Below are positions 25,902 through 39,232 of a stretch of DNA of 64,000 bases, one piece after another. The stretch is from Ptychomitrium polyphyllum (taxonomy: Eukaryota): the NCBI GenBank assembly GCA_973851085.1, contig OZ316775.1:11346001-11410000 (forward strand). The letters run 5' to 3'. A program made the translations under genes and the position numbers. The notes below the pieces were generated by a model. The model was not told the DNA's origin. It saw nothing but the letters and a program-made list of their open reading frames with translations, and did not search any database. Each line of letters begins with the position of its first letter. The stretch's first letter is position 1.

Positions 25902-26843
25902 TTATCGCGGGAGGTTGAGTCTGTCGATTTCCTGCAGTTCCAAGGAGGCTTGCGAGTGGCTAGGAGGCGAAGAATCTCCACCTCGCTCCATGTCGTCAAG
26001 AGTCTCTACAAAGCTTTGATCCCTGCTTTGCTCCTCCTTCGCGAGATGCTTGCCTTCGAGATGATGGTAAGCAGAGTATTTCTGAACATATGCGGATGCC
26101 ACTATGAATCCCAACCCTGTTAGAAAGAAGATGCCAGTGAGAAGCCAAGCGAACTCAAGATTCGCTAGAGATTTCGCTCCCATAAGAGTATCTGGCGTTG
26201 GACAATCCACATGATTCCCTGTGATGTAGCAGCCTTGAGGGACGAGCGACGGCGTCCAGAGGATAAATCCCATCAAAATAAACCATGATCCTTGCAAGAT
26301 GAAGGACATGCTTCTGAGAATGGCTATGACGGGCATATGAAGGATGAGAATTTCAAAGACAAGGGCTAGGATGCCAACCGCTATTGGTAATTGAAGGAGC
26401 CAATGGTAGTGGCCTTCAAGGCCCATGTGGTCCGCGGAGTGAAAGTGGAACAGGAGAAGCTCTTGACTGAGGGCGACAGCTGCGGCGGAGTGCAACCAGC
26501 CCTGAGGGACATGGATTCGAAGAACGTCAACTGCGAGGGCAAATGCTGCGTAGAGAAGCAGCGTGAGAGAAATTGTGGCATGCTCGAAATTGTTGAGGTG
26601 CGTGGTGACAGACCAGAACCTGTCGGGCAAGAGCTCCCCGGCTATAGATCCGCAAGCTCCAAGTATGATGAAATAAAGCTCCACATGCCGGAACCGTCTA
26701 CTCAATCCCTCTGGAGAAAACCACGTTCGTGTCTTGTAGCTCCAAGGCGAGCGCACGTAGCCTCCTACGATGTTGTACATGTGCCATAGCCCGAGCAGAA
26801 GGAAGCCTGCTCCTGGCAAAATGTGGCCGATGAAGGTTCCCAT
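25902..26843 (-). CDS. TMEM45/DUF716 family multi-pass membrane protein
   Basis: Single-exon CDS starting MGTFIGHILPG, with NNFEH, QELLLFHFHSADHMGLEGHYH and QGSWF motifs and several hydrophobic helices. Confidence 0.9.
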   Translation of the reverse strand: MGTFIGHILPGAGFLLLGLWHMYNIVGGYVRSPWSYKTRTWFSPEGLSRRFRHVELYFIILGACGSIAGELLPDRFWSVTTHLNNFEHATISLTLLLYAAFALAVDVLRIHVPQGWLHSAAAVALSQELLLFHFHSADHMGLEGHYHWLLQLPIAVGILALVFEILILHMPVIAILRSMSFILQGSWFILMGFILWTPSLVPQGCYITGNHVDCPTPDTLMGAKSLANLEFAWLLTGIFFLTGLGFIVASAYVQKYSAYHHLEGKHLAKEEQSRDQSFVETLDDMERGGDSSPPSHSQASLELQEIDRLNLPR

Positions 26844-29800
26844 TCGAGCCTCGAAACTCCTGCATCGTAGAAGCGAGTACCTCAAGACTGAGATTCTACA
26901 AATTGTCACAAACTTCAAGCGCACACACACTTTCACCTCCAAGTTCTGCTGTTTGACAGATGAGCAACCAAAATCATCAACAGGGATTTCATATTTATAT
27001 CAATTTCTAGTTTCTGTATTGCACATGTCTAATGCTACAAAATTACTGAGACTTTAAGCTGAGAAAAGGAGCAAACCTGGCGTTCGAAGTGAACAAACAA
27101 GAACTCAATTGAGTTCTCCGCAATTTCTGCACAGTCGTGAGAGAGTCGCACAATTGGAATTACTATCGTCCGAGCTTCGAATTTTTTCTCATCATCGGCA
27201 TGAGTGAGATAAAAACAATATGATCTCTAGCAGGATCTCTAAGAAGACGAAATCTCCCTTGACTTCGGCGTCCTCTAGAATTGCTACCAATCCAAGTGCT
27301 CCATACTAGTTGCAAAACCTCTCAGTTGCCATTCTCTTGCCGAGAGAATCATTGCTTCGACTGAAAAAAAAAGTCTTAGAAGCTTGCTATCTGAATCTGT
27401 AGTCGAGTTCAGAAACGCCTTGACAATACTAAGGTTCAACGAACTTTACAGTCTCTCAGCGACGAGGAAGGCAACTGCTGAAACGTCTACGAGCGAAACT
27501 CACCATGGCCTTGCAGTAATCCAAACATCGAGATCAAGTTCGGTAATGCTTCGAAGCTACAGTAAATTCAGTCTTTTATCTCTTGGGCACAAACTTCAAG
27601 GATCTTCCGGAAGTCCTACGACAGAAATCTCCAAAACTCTTTGCAACTCAATCTCACAAGACCTTTCAAGCCGCAGCAGGCTTCACAGGCTTCCAAGGTC
27701 GCGTTCCTGTCTATTCTCAATATGAACGTCTCAATACCACCCTACCGGTTGTCACATCAGTATTATCGAGGTATGAGACGCGTAATCGACGGGTATAATG
27801 TCAGCATCACCTGAATAATGCATATATATCAATCGGAAAGTGCACACCCGACTTCCTCGTGGTTGGTACCTCGTTCCTCAGCACCCGCAGCGGATCTGAA
27901 GGGCGCCTTAGTATTACAGTGGTATTATGACGGTATCTGAAGGGTATTATAGCAGCATCATGCGGTTATCATTTGTGAAGTGCATGCAGTAAACTCCCCG
28001 GACTTCTTGAGGGGGTCGAGAGTACTGGATGGCTGTGGCGGAGTGACTGAAGAGGCTGCGTGCATGATTGGAGGGAGCTCATGCTGGTGCAATGATGATG
28101 CTAGAACGCAGTCGGACAGCTTGAGCTCATACTTCGTTGGAAGTCTGACGGAGATCTGACGGCGTCAAATATTCGGGGGCCACGGCTTGCATGGCGGCAT
28201 CGTCGCCTCAGGAACTCACGTGCAAGCCTCAAGATCGCCCATGGAGCTGCGGTGAAGGTGATTGTGAAGCTTCTAGAAGTTGGACTGTGAGGTCGGACCC
28301 GAAATATGGCTGGAGGCTTACGGGAAGCTTATCTGTAATACAGGGGAAGAAAGTTCATAAGAAAATTCTTCGCACTGCACGAAGAAAGAACGGCCGTCCT
28401 TAGATAAGCGCTGGACTTGAATATACGGACCGTCTACGTGCCGGGTACGGTAACCAAGTCCTCCCTGCCAGTGTCCAGCACATCATTCAAAAGACGCTTT
28501 TCATTTGAAGGAGAACTTTTCAAAATTTGCTACAGCTTTTTAATCACTAAAGAAACAATTTTCTTTCAGATTCATACCATTCAGATTCATAACATTCTAC
28601 AATGGAGAAAGTGTATCCCTTACATCCAAGATTTACTTTATACATTTCTATTAGCTTTGAAGAACACTACTTATAAAAAGTTCAATATAACCTATAAAGA
28701 CAAAAGAATCTATAAATATTCAAAAGTACTTTGCTAGAATTTAGTTCATACTGGGAATAGGAAAAGATTATGTTAAAAAGGTGAATCTACAAATAAATGG
28801 AATGCACAAACTGCATTCCATTAATATTTGCAAAGAATTTAATTTTTAGAAAACAATTCTCATGGTATTTCCAAATAATAAATCTTTGAAATGTTGATAA
28901 TGCCAATTACACTAGATGATTTAAGAATGCTTGCAATGGTTTTTTTGCAAACAATGTATAACATTTATTTAACAAGAATAGCTTTAAAATCTTTGGTCGT
29001 AATAAAAAATATTTACATTATTTATAAAATTATAGCCTTAAATAAAAATTAGGATAAATAGTATCATTGGCTAAAATAATGTAATCAAACTTCAATTCAT
29101 ATTTTGATTTTCTCCTTTATCATATTACAAAATAACTATTTTACAAATTTTAATACAAAACGTAAATTACTTCATATTAAATTTATTTATTTTGATAGAA
29201 TTTCATTTTTTCAAATAATTTTCTTTTTCTATATGGAATGTCTTCTAAAAATTGTGTTAAAAGATAATGTACACAAAATTGGCAATTTATAATTGTATTT
29301 TCAACAAGACAATACCAAATTTGTACATGGAGCATCAGGCAAATAACTTATGGACTCTTTATAGTACCTCTAGAACATCAAAACACCGTTGTATAGTATG
29401 TGCAAGTCTCATGAATCTTTACACAATTTTTTTGCCTGCTTTTCCTTGCCATAAATATTAAATTCTTGAAGGTTTGAATTTTGGATAAAGTATTCTTATG
29501 AAAATAAGTTTGCATGAATGAAAATCATTCTTTTCTGTTCTAGACAATAAAGGATCTAGATAGAAATAGATAGATATAAAGTAACATGGTACATCACCAA
29601 TAAATCTTCATTCTCTAAGAATTCCTAAGAGGTCAAGATACCTATGAGCAAACTTTCACACTCTTATGGTGGAAACAAGCCAAGCAATGATGTACATTGA
29701 GGAATAATTGCAACTCAACTCCTGGAGCAAAGCTAAGATGATGTTGCAGCATGGCCGTGTATTACAAAGAAACGCTAGTTGTATTGCAGAGAATGAAGAT

Positions 29801-31383
29801 GCAATGTCAGTGTTTCCATTTTAGCCATGGTTGCTGGTTCTGCACAAGCAAATTATACTCCAACAGCCTTTATGCAGAAACACACTTACACGTCTGTGAG
29901 GTCGACAGCTGTCACTGCAGCAGCTTAGTGAGGTTCAGTAGTACAACCATGTTGCAGTGACACTGCTTGTTTAAATGCAGCTGCAACTTTGAGCAGAAAC
30001 CGTAAGATATTCGTTTCTTAACCTAATCTGCTGACCGAATCCTTCTCTTAGAAATAACTGAGCAATGCACACTGTTCACATCACAAAGCTCACAGGATGG
30101 AAACCTAAAAATTAAGGTTGATTAGTAAACCTTCAGGCCTTTGTACCGTCCTACCACGAGAGAATGATTAGATATGATCACAGTAATGATTTTTGAGCAT
30201 GCACTCGTACTTGAACAATGACCTCCACGACGGCGCAAGTGCAAATCCCATTGAGTGTTGCATCATCACGCCCTAATCTGACAAGACACACTCTGAACTT
30301 TCATTCACAAATATGTCCACCATGATGATCTCTTCTTAACCCCCACCATCAAAAATTCCTCCTGGGAAACTACTCTAGAGTCCACCATCACCAACCTCCA
30401 GCTCCAAGATGGCGAATACAACAAATCCTAAGAATTTAAGAAACTTTTACTTTTAAAAAGTGCTCAAGTCAAAACACACAGTACCTTACCTATACATTCT
30501 TTAAGAGGAAAATATTGTTCCACTATGACTACATTTAATATTCGTTCACAACTATCACTAAACTTAGAGCTAACTAAATCGTATCATAGTACTGCATGCA
30601 TGCATTAATAGGAACCATTAATTTTTAGTAGCCAAGAATGTCTAGTTTAGACCTTTCAAATGAACACTTTTTTAGAACTTTTGACAGGTTTCTCCACTGC
30701 CAATATAGTTCTTGCGCCTCTTGATTGGTAAAGAAGATGGATCAATAAAACATTAGAATCAGTGTCGTCTCTGACTTGCCACTGCCACTGCCACTGCAGT
30801 AATGGCGATCGAACTGTTGTCATCAAGTAGTTTGGTGATGGTGTCGTTGTTGTTTGCTGCATGCATAGACTGATGGTGGCCATGAACGATCAGTTTAGGG
30901 CTTCAGTTTAGAGCTTCTGCCGCTGCGCTCTGCTATGTCGGTATAGTTGCTGAGCCTCTTGGTTTTCCACGGACGGTACATCTCGAGAGCTTCGGCTGGC
31001 CGAAGAGATTCCATCACTAGTTTGAGGTGTCATATTTAGTTTCCATTGTCGGGTAGACGAAGCGCCTTCGCCGTCACCATGTATAGTTCACTCTGTAAGT
31101 AGTACGTCTCTTCACTTCTTTTCGTTGTGGCGATCGTTTGGAGCTCTGATGAGGTTGATCTGAGTGGTTGGTGCTCACGTTCGGGATAGGTTTCTGATGA
31201 TGTCGTTTTCCTTTCTGGTTCGCTTGAGATCGATCGCAGGAGTGATTACATGGATGCCGGGAGAGAGGTTCTTTGTGGAAGCTGGTCTTGTTTTCATGTG
31301 AAGCGATACACAACGAGATCACGAAGTGCAGCGGTTGATCAGCGCGGTGCAGACTTATCGAGGGATCTTGTGACAGGAGGACG

Positions 31384-31899
31384 ATGGAGGGTGTGGCGAT
31401 GTTTGTAGAGCAGGCGGAGGAATCGAGCCTGGTGCAATGCTGCAATGGTTTGATTGAGACGAAGCAGTCGTGGGCGCTTCGGGATCATGGGTATATGATA
31501 TGGGCACCCGAGGATGCTGAGCTTCCGAGGACGGGTGATGGAGTGTCTGCCAATGATTGCGCTTCCCGGACCTTGGTTTGGTGGGATACGGAGACTTGTC
31601 CAGCTCCTACCACGGAGTGCAGTGCTTGGGATGGCATAGCGCATCACTTGGTGCGAATGCTGGCTTTGACGGACTTGGACCGGCATGAGATCGTCACCTG
31701 CATTGCGTATGGAGCAGGCGAAGTGTCGGAGCCACTCCTCGTCGCTCTGAAACGGCGTGGTATCGTCGTGCATCGGCGGAATCTGCCGATATGCACCCTC
31801 CCTGGTACTTAGAACCCAATTGTTGTGTTGTACTTTCGTTCTCTTCAAGCGAAGCTTCTGGTGTTATGTGAAGTTCTTTCTTCCTTCAAGGATGTATTA

Positions 31900-31950
<51 letters not shown>

Positions 31951-33085
31951 TACTCTTAATTAAGATTGTTAACTCATATCGTTAGAATGATCGCTTTGGT
32001 ACCATGCGATGTGCTTTTTCTAACCCTAATTTGTTGTAGGTGCAGGGACGACACTGAGTATGAAGTCCATGATTGTGGATATCCTCTTTTGGGCGCTTAA
32101 CAATGCCCCTCCCGCAGAAGTGAGGATAATGTCGGCAACAAACGAGCCGAATTTCTCAAAACTCGTTCGAGGCTTGCACCGTCGGTCTTACGATGTGTTA
32201 CTCGCTTCGTCCATTACTGCTTCACTTACTCTCCCTGTGATGGGGAATGGAGAGTACTTCCAGTCGTCGAATTTCACGACTTATTGGCAGTCGTTTCTGA
32301 AACAAATCCCAGAGTCTGACGAGTCAACGTTTTCATTTGAACAGTTGCAACTGTTACATAGTTGCCTGATTTCTGAAGCAGGTGTTGCACCGGCGCTGCA
32401 GCTTCCTGTCGAAGCTCAACGTCAAGACTACTCGACTTCCATGGCACATTTACAGGTGCTGCCGCCTCGTCCAACATACAAAGATATTGCATCTGGTGGA
32501 GAGCTCAGTAATCTCTCAGCTCTTTGGAATGGAGATTCTATGACTGGCACAGAATCAGCTCGGCCTAAACCGCTGGCTTCCATGGCAGATGTAAGACGAT
32601 GGCTTGAGAACTTCGTAGAACTCGAAGATAGTCTCTACGGTATGAACATATCTCTCATGGCAAAGAGCTTCGACAGGGGAGGTATGAAGTTGGATCTCAA
32701 ACATTTGGAATGTCCAAGCTTGTCACGGCTCTTGCTCGACAACTTCATTGACATTGTTCGGTTGAAGTACCCCACCAAAGATTGCACCGTAATGTTTCCT
32801 GCTAAGTTTGGTGCACGAGCTATGGGAAAGCTGATCACGGACTTTACCGATTTGCTTACCCACCTGCTTCCGAAGAGAGATTCGGAGAGTCCGTTGAGTG
32901 TTCTCAAGACGGCCTTCAAGGCTAGGTTCCATTACGAGTTGGATCAGGAAGGTGCTGGCTTCATCAAACTCAGCCAATTTTTGAGCTCGATGCCGAAGAT
33001 TGTTCGGGTACGCCAATGCTCATCCCAAGGCAAGGAACTCGTGATTTGCCGCCCGTCTGTATACTATTCAAAACAACGAACATAG
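31384..33085 (+). CDS. NYN-domain protein with two OST-HTH/LOTUS domains, paralog B
   Basis: Exons 31384-31804 and 32040-33085, with a phase-1 intron at the same P-G position as in paralog A. Motifs VWWDTETCPAP, IAYG, MIVDILFWALNNAPPA and LHRRSYDVLLA. LOTUS-like segments at about 32582-32810 and 32830-33050. The start codon is uncertain. Confidence 0.85.
31901..31950. repeat. Compound (GT)12(AT)13 microsatellite in the NYN paralog B intron
   Basis: Read directly. Confidence 0.95.
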
Positions 33086-34312
33086 AGACAACAATCTCTG
33101 AAAGGCTTCCTTCGTAGAGAAGTGATGTCATTGGCAATTTTGTATGTGATACTAACCTTGTAACTTAGCAGGAAGCAAACATGCTGTAGGAAAATAAAAC
33201 AAAAAGGCACCAGCATACTCTGAATTTGCTGAATTGCCTCGCACACGAAAGTTGTGCCAATTTTGTTGAACCGTAAAGAACTGCACACTTCGCAGAAATG
33301 CAGAGCGGCTAGTTTCACCTTTTTCCGTACTAGTGCTGAAGATTCTGACATTGTAAATAGAGTTCGTAGAGTCTTGTAAAGAATTCAGCAGCTTCAGAAA
33401 CGTTGTACTGTATATGGACAGTTAAAGCATACAAACTGTATTATGGGTGCATGACATTTTCCTTCAAGGACTTATTAATAGTTTTAGGCACTATCACCTT
33501 TGTGCATTCCATGATTCTCTGCATGCTGACTCTATATAGAGAACTTAAATTCTTATAGTGCACGAAAGTTGCACAGATACGGAAGTGGAGAATGCCTAAA
33601 GTTTACATGGTGATTGTGGATTAAGATCTCCGTATTGACTACCGTACATCTATAGAATGCATTTTGTTAGTGAACTCAAGGTTTTTCAATGTTCATGGAT
33701 AAATCAATGGATGTTCCAGCGAGCGTCTTGCAAGAGATCGCAGAGTGCACTCGGATGTTGAATCTTTTGGTTAATGATCTGATACACTCTTGCAATACCA
33801 AATCACCGTTCTGAGTGTCTGAAAAGCGGCTTACCGTTATTCCGGTTTCATTCAGTACATTTCTGGTTTTCTGCAGTTCCCTTGGACAATATCGTCAAAC
33901 ACATTTGTAAAAGTGTCTCCAAAACAGGGCTTTTCCTCTTTAACGTTATTTCGCTCTTGTGAAATCATTCGTGTTCAGATAATTCGGTTCAACACCTCGT
34001 TGCTTGAATAAGAAAGGTATAAGAAAAAGATTCAAAATTCAATGCATGTCCAAGTACAAGACCTTTACAACTGCACAAACCTGGATACAAAGTCAAATTT
34101 AACCAACAAGTAATCCCTCTGCAAAAATTTGCTGAGTCACATCCGTCACAATTAACAAGTAGAGGAAAGAATTAATACTAAAATTGATGTCTCTGACCCA
34201 CATGCAGAAGAAATCATAACTAGGACCTGAAAAATACTGTCAGCAACCAAACTTCAGTGTCGATGGTTCCAGGTATGAAAGTTCTCCAGCTCCTAGCTAA
34301 TGATGCATGAAC

Positions 34313-35186
34313 TTATGCAGGACCCTTGGAAGATGAGTCTCTTGAGAGCCTAGACTCCTCAATCCGAGCAGTCAATGCTGCTACTTGTTGCTCTGTAGTT
34401 GGGGTCTGGTTCGCTTCTATGGACCGATGGATATCATAAGTTGTCACACTCAAAACAAGCAGACTGCACATAGAAAGAAACCCAAAAGAGTAATAAGAAC
34501 CAAATTACACCTAAACCCTAAAGCCAAAGGATGGAACAAGGTACATTCCTTTGCATTTGTATAACCTGGTTTCAGGTGCTTCGATTTCTCACAACGAAAC
34601 TCTGACGTGAATTGACTGTCCCGAAATTGTATCCAGCTACTTACTCAAAAACGCATCAAACTGGAAATTCTTGTAACTTCATGCGACACAAATTTGGCAC
34701 AGATTTCATGTCAGAATCTGTATATGATTTTAGTTGAACACGTTCTAGAATGAAAACTCGCAAGGTTCTCTGATTTATAGACATAACGTAAGCAACCCTA
34801 CAAGCTGAACAAGCTTTCACAAGGTTACTGCATTATCTGGTTAAGTTTGTGCAAACCCAAATATCGCATGCAGTATTACAGCACTTACCATATAAGCAAT
34901 CATTCTTAGTCAAGGTATCCTCAATTAAAATGAAATTCGTCACGAGAGGAGAAAAACACATTCAGTTTCATCCAACATCCTCAGACCACTAAGAAGAAAA
35001 TGAAAATAGACATACATAGAATTCGGAATCCACAGCATCAGAGGCCGAGACCTAAAGAACTGGCGACATCATCCTACCACCATATCCACAAAAAAACTAG
35101 TCGATGTCAGAGTTGGAATGGGTAGGAGTAGCGTACGCTGCACCGCCTAGAGCAAGCCGGCTCACCCACAAAGGATGCTGTGACAT
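34313..35186 (-). CDS. Spliced 66-aa microprotein with a short hydrophobic N-terminal segment
   Basis: Exons 35186-35137 and 34463-34313, joined by a phase-2 GT-AG intron (GC|GTACGC ... TGCAG|T), give MSQHPLWVSRLALGGAALLVLSVTTYDIHRSIEANQTPTTEQQVAALTARIEESRLSRDSSSKGPA*. The TYDIHRSI..N.TP motif resembles a small uncharacterised plant protein family (from memory). Confidence 0.72.
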
Positions 35187-36318
35187 GATGTCTACTCCCC
35201 AGCTCCCCCACAACCACAAATCTATCTTCCCAGTGCACGAACGATGAAGAGTTTCAAAGCGAAGAAGCTCCAGAAAACTCAAAGAGCACCAACCCAGCTG
35301 TAAGTCCTGCTTCGGCAATCCCTTCACGGCACTTAACTGAAGGTTTCACTTTCTGACGATGTTCGAGAGTTCGAAGAGTGTCACAACAGACGCACAATTC
35401 GAGAGAACAGGTGCAGGAAGCAGAAAGTTAAGGAAGGGTATCCAACCAACATCGATTGCGGAATGCCTTCAACGAATGAGGAGGATAGAGAAAAATGTTA
35501 ATCCTAGCATCAACTTCTGAGGGTTTCACTGCAGCCGTTCAGAAAAAATCTATTGTTGTGAAATCGCTGAAGCAAGCTGTTAGGTGTGGAAAAGTGGGCT
35601 CGAGTACCATAGTCAAGTTATAATTCAATCATCTTGCACAGAATAAACAACATATAAACAGGGGCGAGTGCTATTTAGGCCACTTCATTTGGAGAGCACG
35701 AAAATTGGAAATTTTGGATATGCAATGCACATTTTCCTTCCTTCCTTTTGACACAACTAAAAGTGAATTTTCATTGTAAAAGAACCCTGTACAACCTTCT
35801 CAGGAAGAGGAAAGCCCTGAACAAACAACTACACTAAAAATAAAGTGCAATTTCCCATTTTTTCAAGCGTTGCATAATTTTCTAAGAACCAACAATAGTC
35901 TGCCGCACCGTGTTTACTTCAGAAGTTCGTGTCTACACATACATTGAAATATTATTTAAGAAGGGCTTAGCAATAGAGTGTCTACCCCAGAAATATTGAA
36001 ACAGAACCTGGTCATAATAATCTCAAAGCCACCAGGCCAGATATCAAATCGAACAAGACATGAGACTGACAACTTAAAGCCATATCTGAATCCAAACGCA
36101 GTACTGCAGCAAAACCAAACTTCTGAGTTGGCAAAACACAAGTGAAAAGGGGGCACAGGCTTAACCCATTGGAGGCACTCTCCGGAGTCACCAAGACAGG
36201 GCTTTGAAACAGCTAAACTTCACCCACAAACTACTTGTGAACTACACTACTACTATACAATTAGTAGAAGACAATCAATAAGTCGAAACTCAATCTGTAA
36301 GCCTCGAGTCTGGCCTGG

Positions 36319-37739
36319 CTAGAAAACGTCCACCTCAATTCCATCTCTTAGAACGATGTAAGCATCTCGAGGCCGGGATTTGTTCATACTGGAGACGAAG
36401 ACCACCTTAGTAGATTCAGGTTTGTCCATGGTGATCGAAATCACCTTCGACCACATCATCATCATCTTGGTCTTCATACCTTCGATGTTTTTGAACACAC
36501 CCGTGGACAGGACCCCTGTCACTCTCTTGTCGTAGCGCACAATCGAGTCGTCTTTGAACCTCACTTCGCAGACGAAAGGAAGAATGACAGCCAGCTTCCC
36601 TGTGGCTTCATCAAACTCGTAGTTCAGAACGTTCTTAGGGAAGACACCCTTCGGGATTTGGTACTTCTGTAAAAGCTCTGGCAGAGGTGTCTGCACTTTG
36701 CCTGTCCAGGATAAATCAGAGATGCCATTATAAAAAACAACTAAACTATGCTTCAATCGTTGTCTGTCTTTTTACCCTTAAACCATTCGAACCTAAATGT
36801 AATTCATACAACTTGCGACCAATGTACAACTGAGATAATATGCAGTGTTTACAAGTTGGATGTGAAGGCTAATGTTTCCCTTAGCAATTCATTGACATCT
36901 GAAGAGTTGGATGATAGACTTGTGTCTAACAAATCTATATTTCTGACAGAATTTTGGTGTGTGATGTCGTAAAACCACTGCTGGACATACAGTGTGAAGT
37001 AATTGTTACTCTTAAATGTACTATGTAAGGAGAGCGATGGATACCTTTCATGCGATTGATAAAGCGCGTGGCACCTTCTGTCACGCTGGTGGAGAGTGAC
37101 TGAGCAATTCAACACAGAAGTCTGTTAGCTTCAAAATGCATGGTCTTCCCACTCGTGTGCACATTGAACAATAGACAAGAAACAGTCTTCAATTTGCCAC
37201 ATCGACCATCATCATACGTGCTTCTATATTAGCCCATCATATGCAACAAATAGCTACTCATTGACGATACTTTTAACTTCATACAAAAGTCCTTCCAGAT
37301 ATACAAAATAACATGCCGTGGACTATAAGCCTAAAAGCGTAAAGAGTCCTGCTCTGGCCATGATTGCATAGATCGCAAACCCTTAGAACCTCATACAACA
37401 TATACAATCTCCATCAGAACTAACATAAACTTCAGGCCGACAGTTTTGATCCTCACACCGATAAGGAATCTTATTTGCGAACTAGGTTAAATCTCTCTCA
37501 TGTCCAGCAATCCACGAAGAGTACACAAAAGGCCCTTAAGCGAGATGCAGAGGAGAAAGGTCTCCCATCTTAAAAAGCATGCGACAAGGAGTTGCAAAGC
37601 ATCCATCCGGAAGGAACAGTGCACAGGTTAGGGAGGAGAAATGTTCACGTACAGAAGCGTCGTTGGCGATGCTATCAGATATATTTGAAGCTTTCCGAGC
37701 GAAGAACATACTCCCGGCTTTACTTAAAACAGCGTCCAT
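36319..37739 (-). CDS. DUF538 family protein (At5g01610-like), 3 exons
   Basis: Exons 37739-37653, 37099-37045 and 36701-36319 translate to MDAVLSKAGS..GKVQTPLPELLQKYQIPKGVFP..NYEFDE..CEVRFKD..EGMKTK..W..KSRPRDAY. Confidence 0.92.
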
Positions 37740-39232
37740 AGTCTCCTCCTTGCCACCACTTCTGCAATCGCTATTCAGATCCAACCCAGACGTTGGAAAA
37801 CCCTCCAAACCTTCACCTCGCCTCCGCAACCCTACTAGACCTGGATCTCCTCCTCTCCACTCTGTTCGCACCACCCTCCTTTGCAGAAAAATCTTTTTTA
37901 CAGCATTATCAATGCTAGAATATTAAAATCCTAGAGACTCCCAATCCGTCCCTTAATGCCAAAACCAGCCTCCGAAACAAGAACTGTTTGGCTGCCACGA
38001 ACTCCGAGAAGCTCGTGAGTCGGTAACCTTCAACGTTTTCTCACAAAACCTTTGGGCCTTCTCTGCTTCTTCCTGCAAAGTGTTGGATGAATGCAATCGA
38101 TTTTACGGATGAACGAAGTAGTATGCTTGAAAACTCGGAGACTACCGCTTGGATCATGATGCAACAAGTTGCTCCATTTGCAGAATACATTGTAGTATCC
38201 AAGATGTACTGAACAGTACAGTTGAACTTTAGTTTTAACTAAAACTTCGCTCGTAGCAAACCGGAAAAACGTTCAACTTTGGCTAAATTTTTTCAGTATT
38301 CCAGTGCTGCAGAGTTACAGAAAGCATGGAAGAGGTTAGCATTTCGTTGGACTTAATGAAAAAAGGGAGCACATCCTTCATCTGGTAGGTGGAATCGTTG
38401 AGACGCGGAGTTGTTATGCCTCAGAGTTGGTACCAACGGGGAAGACTGTCACGAAAGTAGGTGCACCTATAGTGCACTAAGTTAATCGTTCGCAATAAGA
38501 ACCGGCTTTCGATTTCACCAACAACGATGTCAACGACAGCTGAACCCCAAGAATAGCAAAGTGCTGGGGTGCTGCAAATCGTATGATGTTCTGAGTGCAA
38601 GGTATCATGCTTCAGTTATTCATTTCTTCCAGGTAGGATTCTTGGTGCATGGCTATCTCTTTTATAGTTGAGAAGTTTCCTTCCCAGCTTGGTTGGCTCT
38701 TCGTAACAGAAAAGCAAATAGAAGATGGAACTCGATCTTCATTGATGCCTGCATTGTATACGCTCAAACAAGACACAGAAGAGTAGCAGAAAAAGATGCA
38801 GAGTTTGGATGACAAAGACAGACTGCAATAAGGTTATGAAAGGGTTATGATGCGAGAGGCCAAAGGAGAAAACAAGTCGATGGAAATTCAAAAGTATGAT
38901 GATAAACAGAAAACATGTCTGCCATGCTGTACATTTTTCACAACATTAGATTCTGTACCAACTGCTAGCAGAGTTGAACCGTCATTGTGTTATGCCTCTC
39001 CTCTACTACGGTGCCCCAAAATATTAGACGAGTCTGTGATCTGGTTCGACAGCTATGGCGGATAAGAATTGAAAAAACTTGCGCAGGCTCACAAGAACGT
39101 GTACAGTGCTGAAAGGGCCTGCAAAAACTTATATCCGCTTCAACTCTGTTCTCAATTGTTTGTTCCGCAAAATCACCTCCTCTTCACAGAAACAAAAGAC
39201 GCGTATTTAGCAACGACTCTCACGGGCACTGC

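Noticed and set aside
5488..27248. Identical 17-mer AGGATCTCTAAGAAGAC at 5488-5504 and 27232-27248
   Set aside because: One 17-mer match across 64 kb is plausible by chance, and flanking similarity is limited.
28796..28822. Perfect 11-bp-stem hairpin AATGGAATGCA-CAAAC-TGCATTCCATT
   Set aside because: Too short for a miRNA precursor and lacks the downstream CTRR end of a Helitron.
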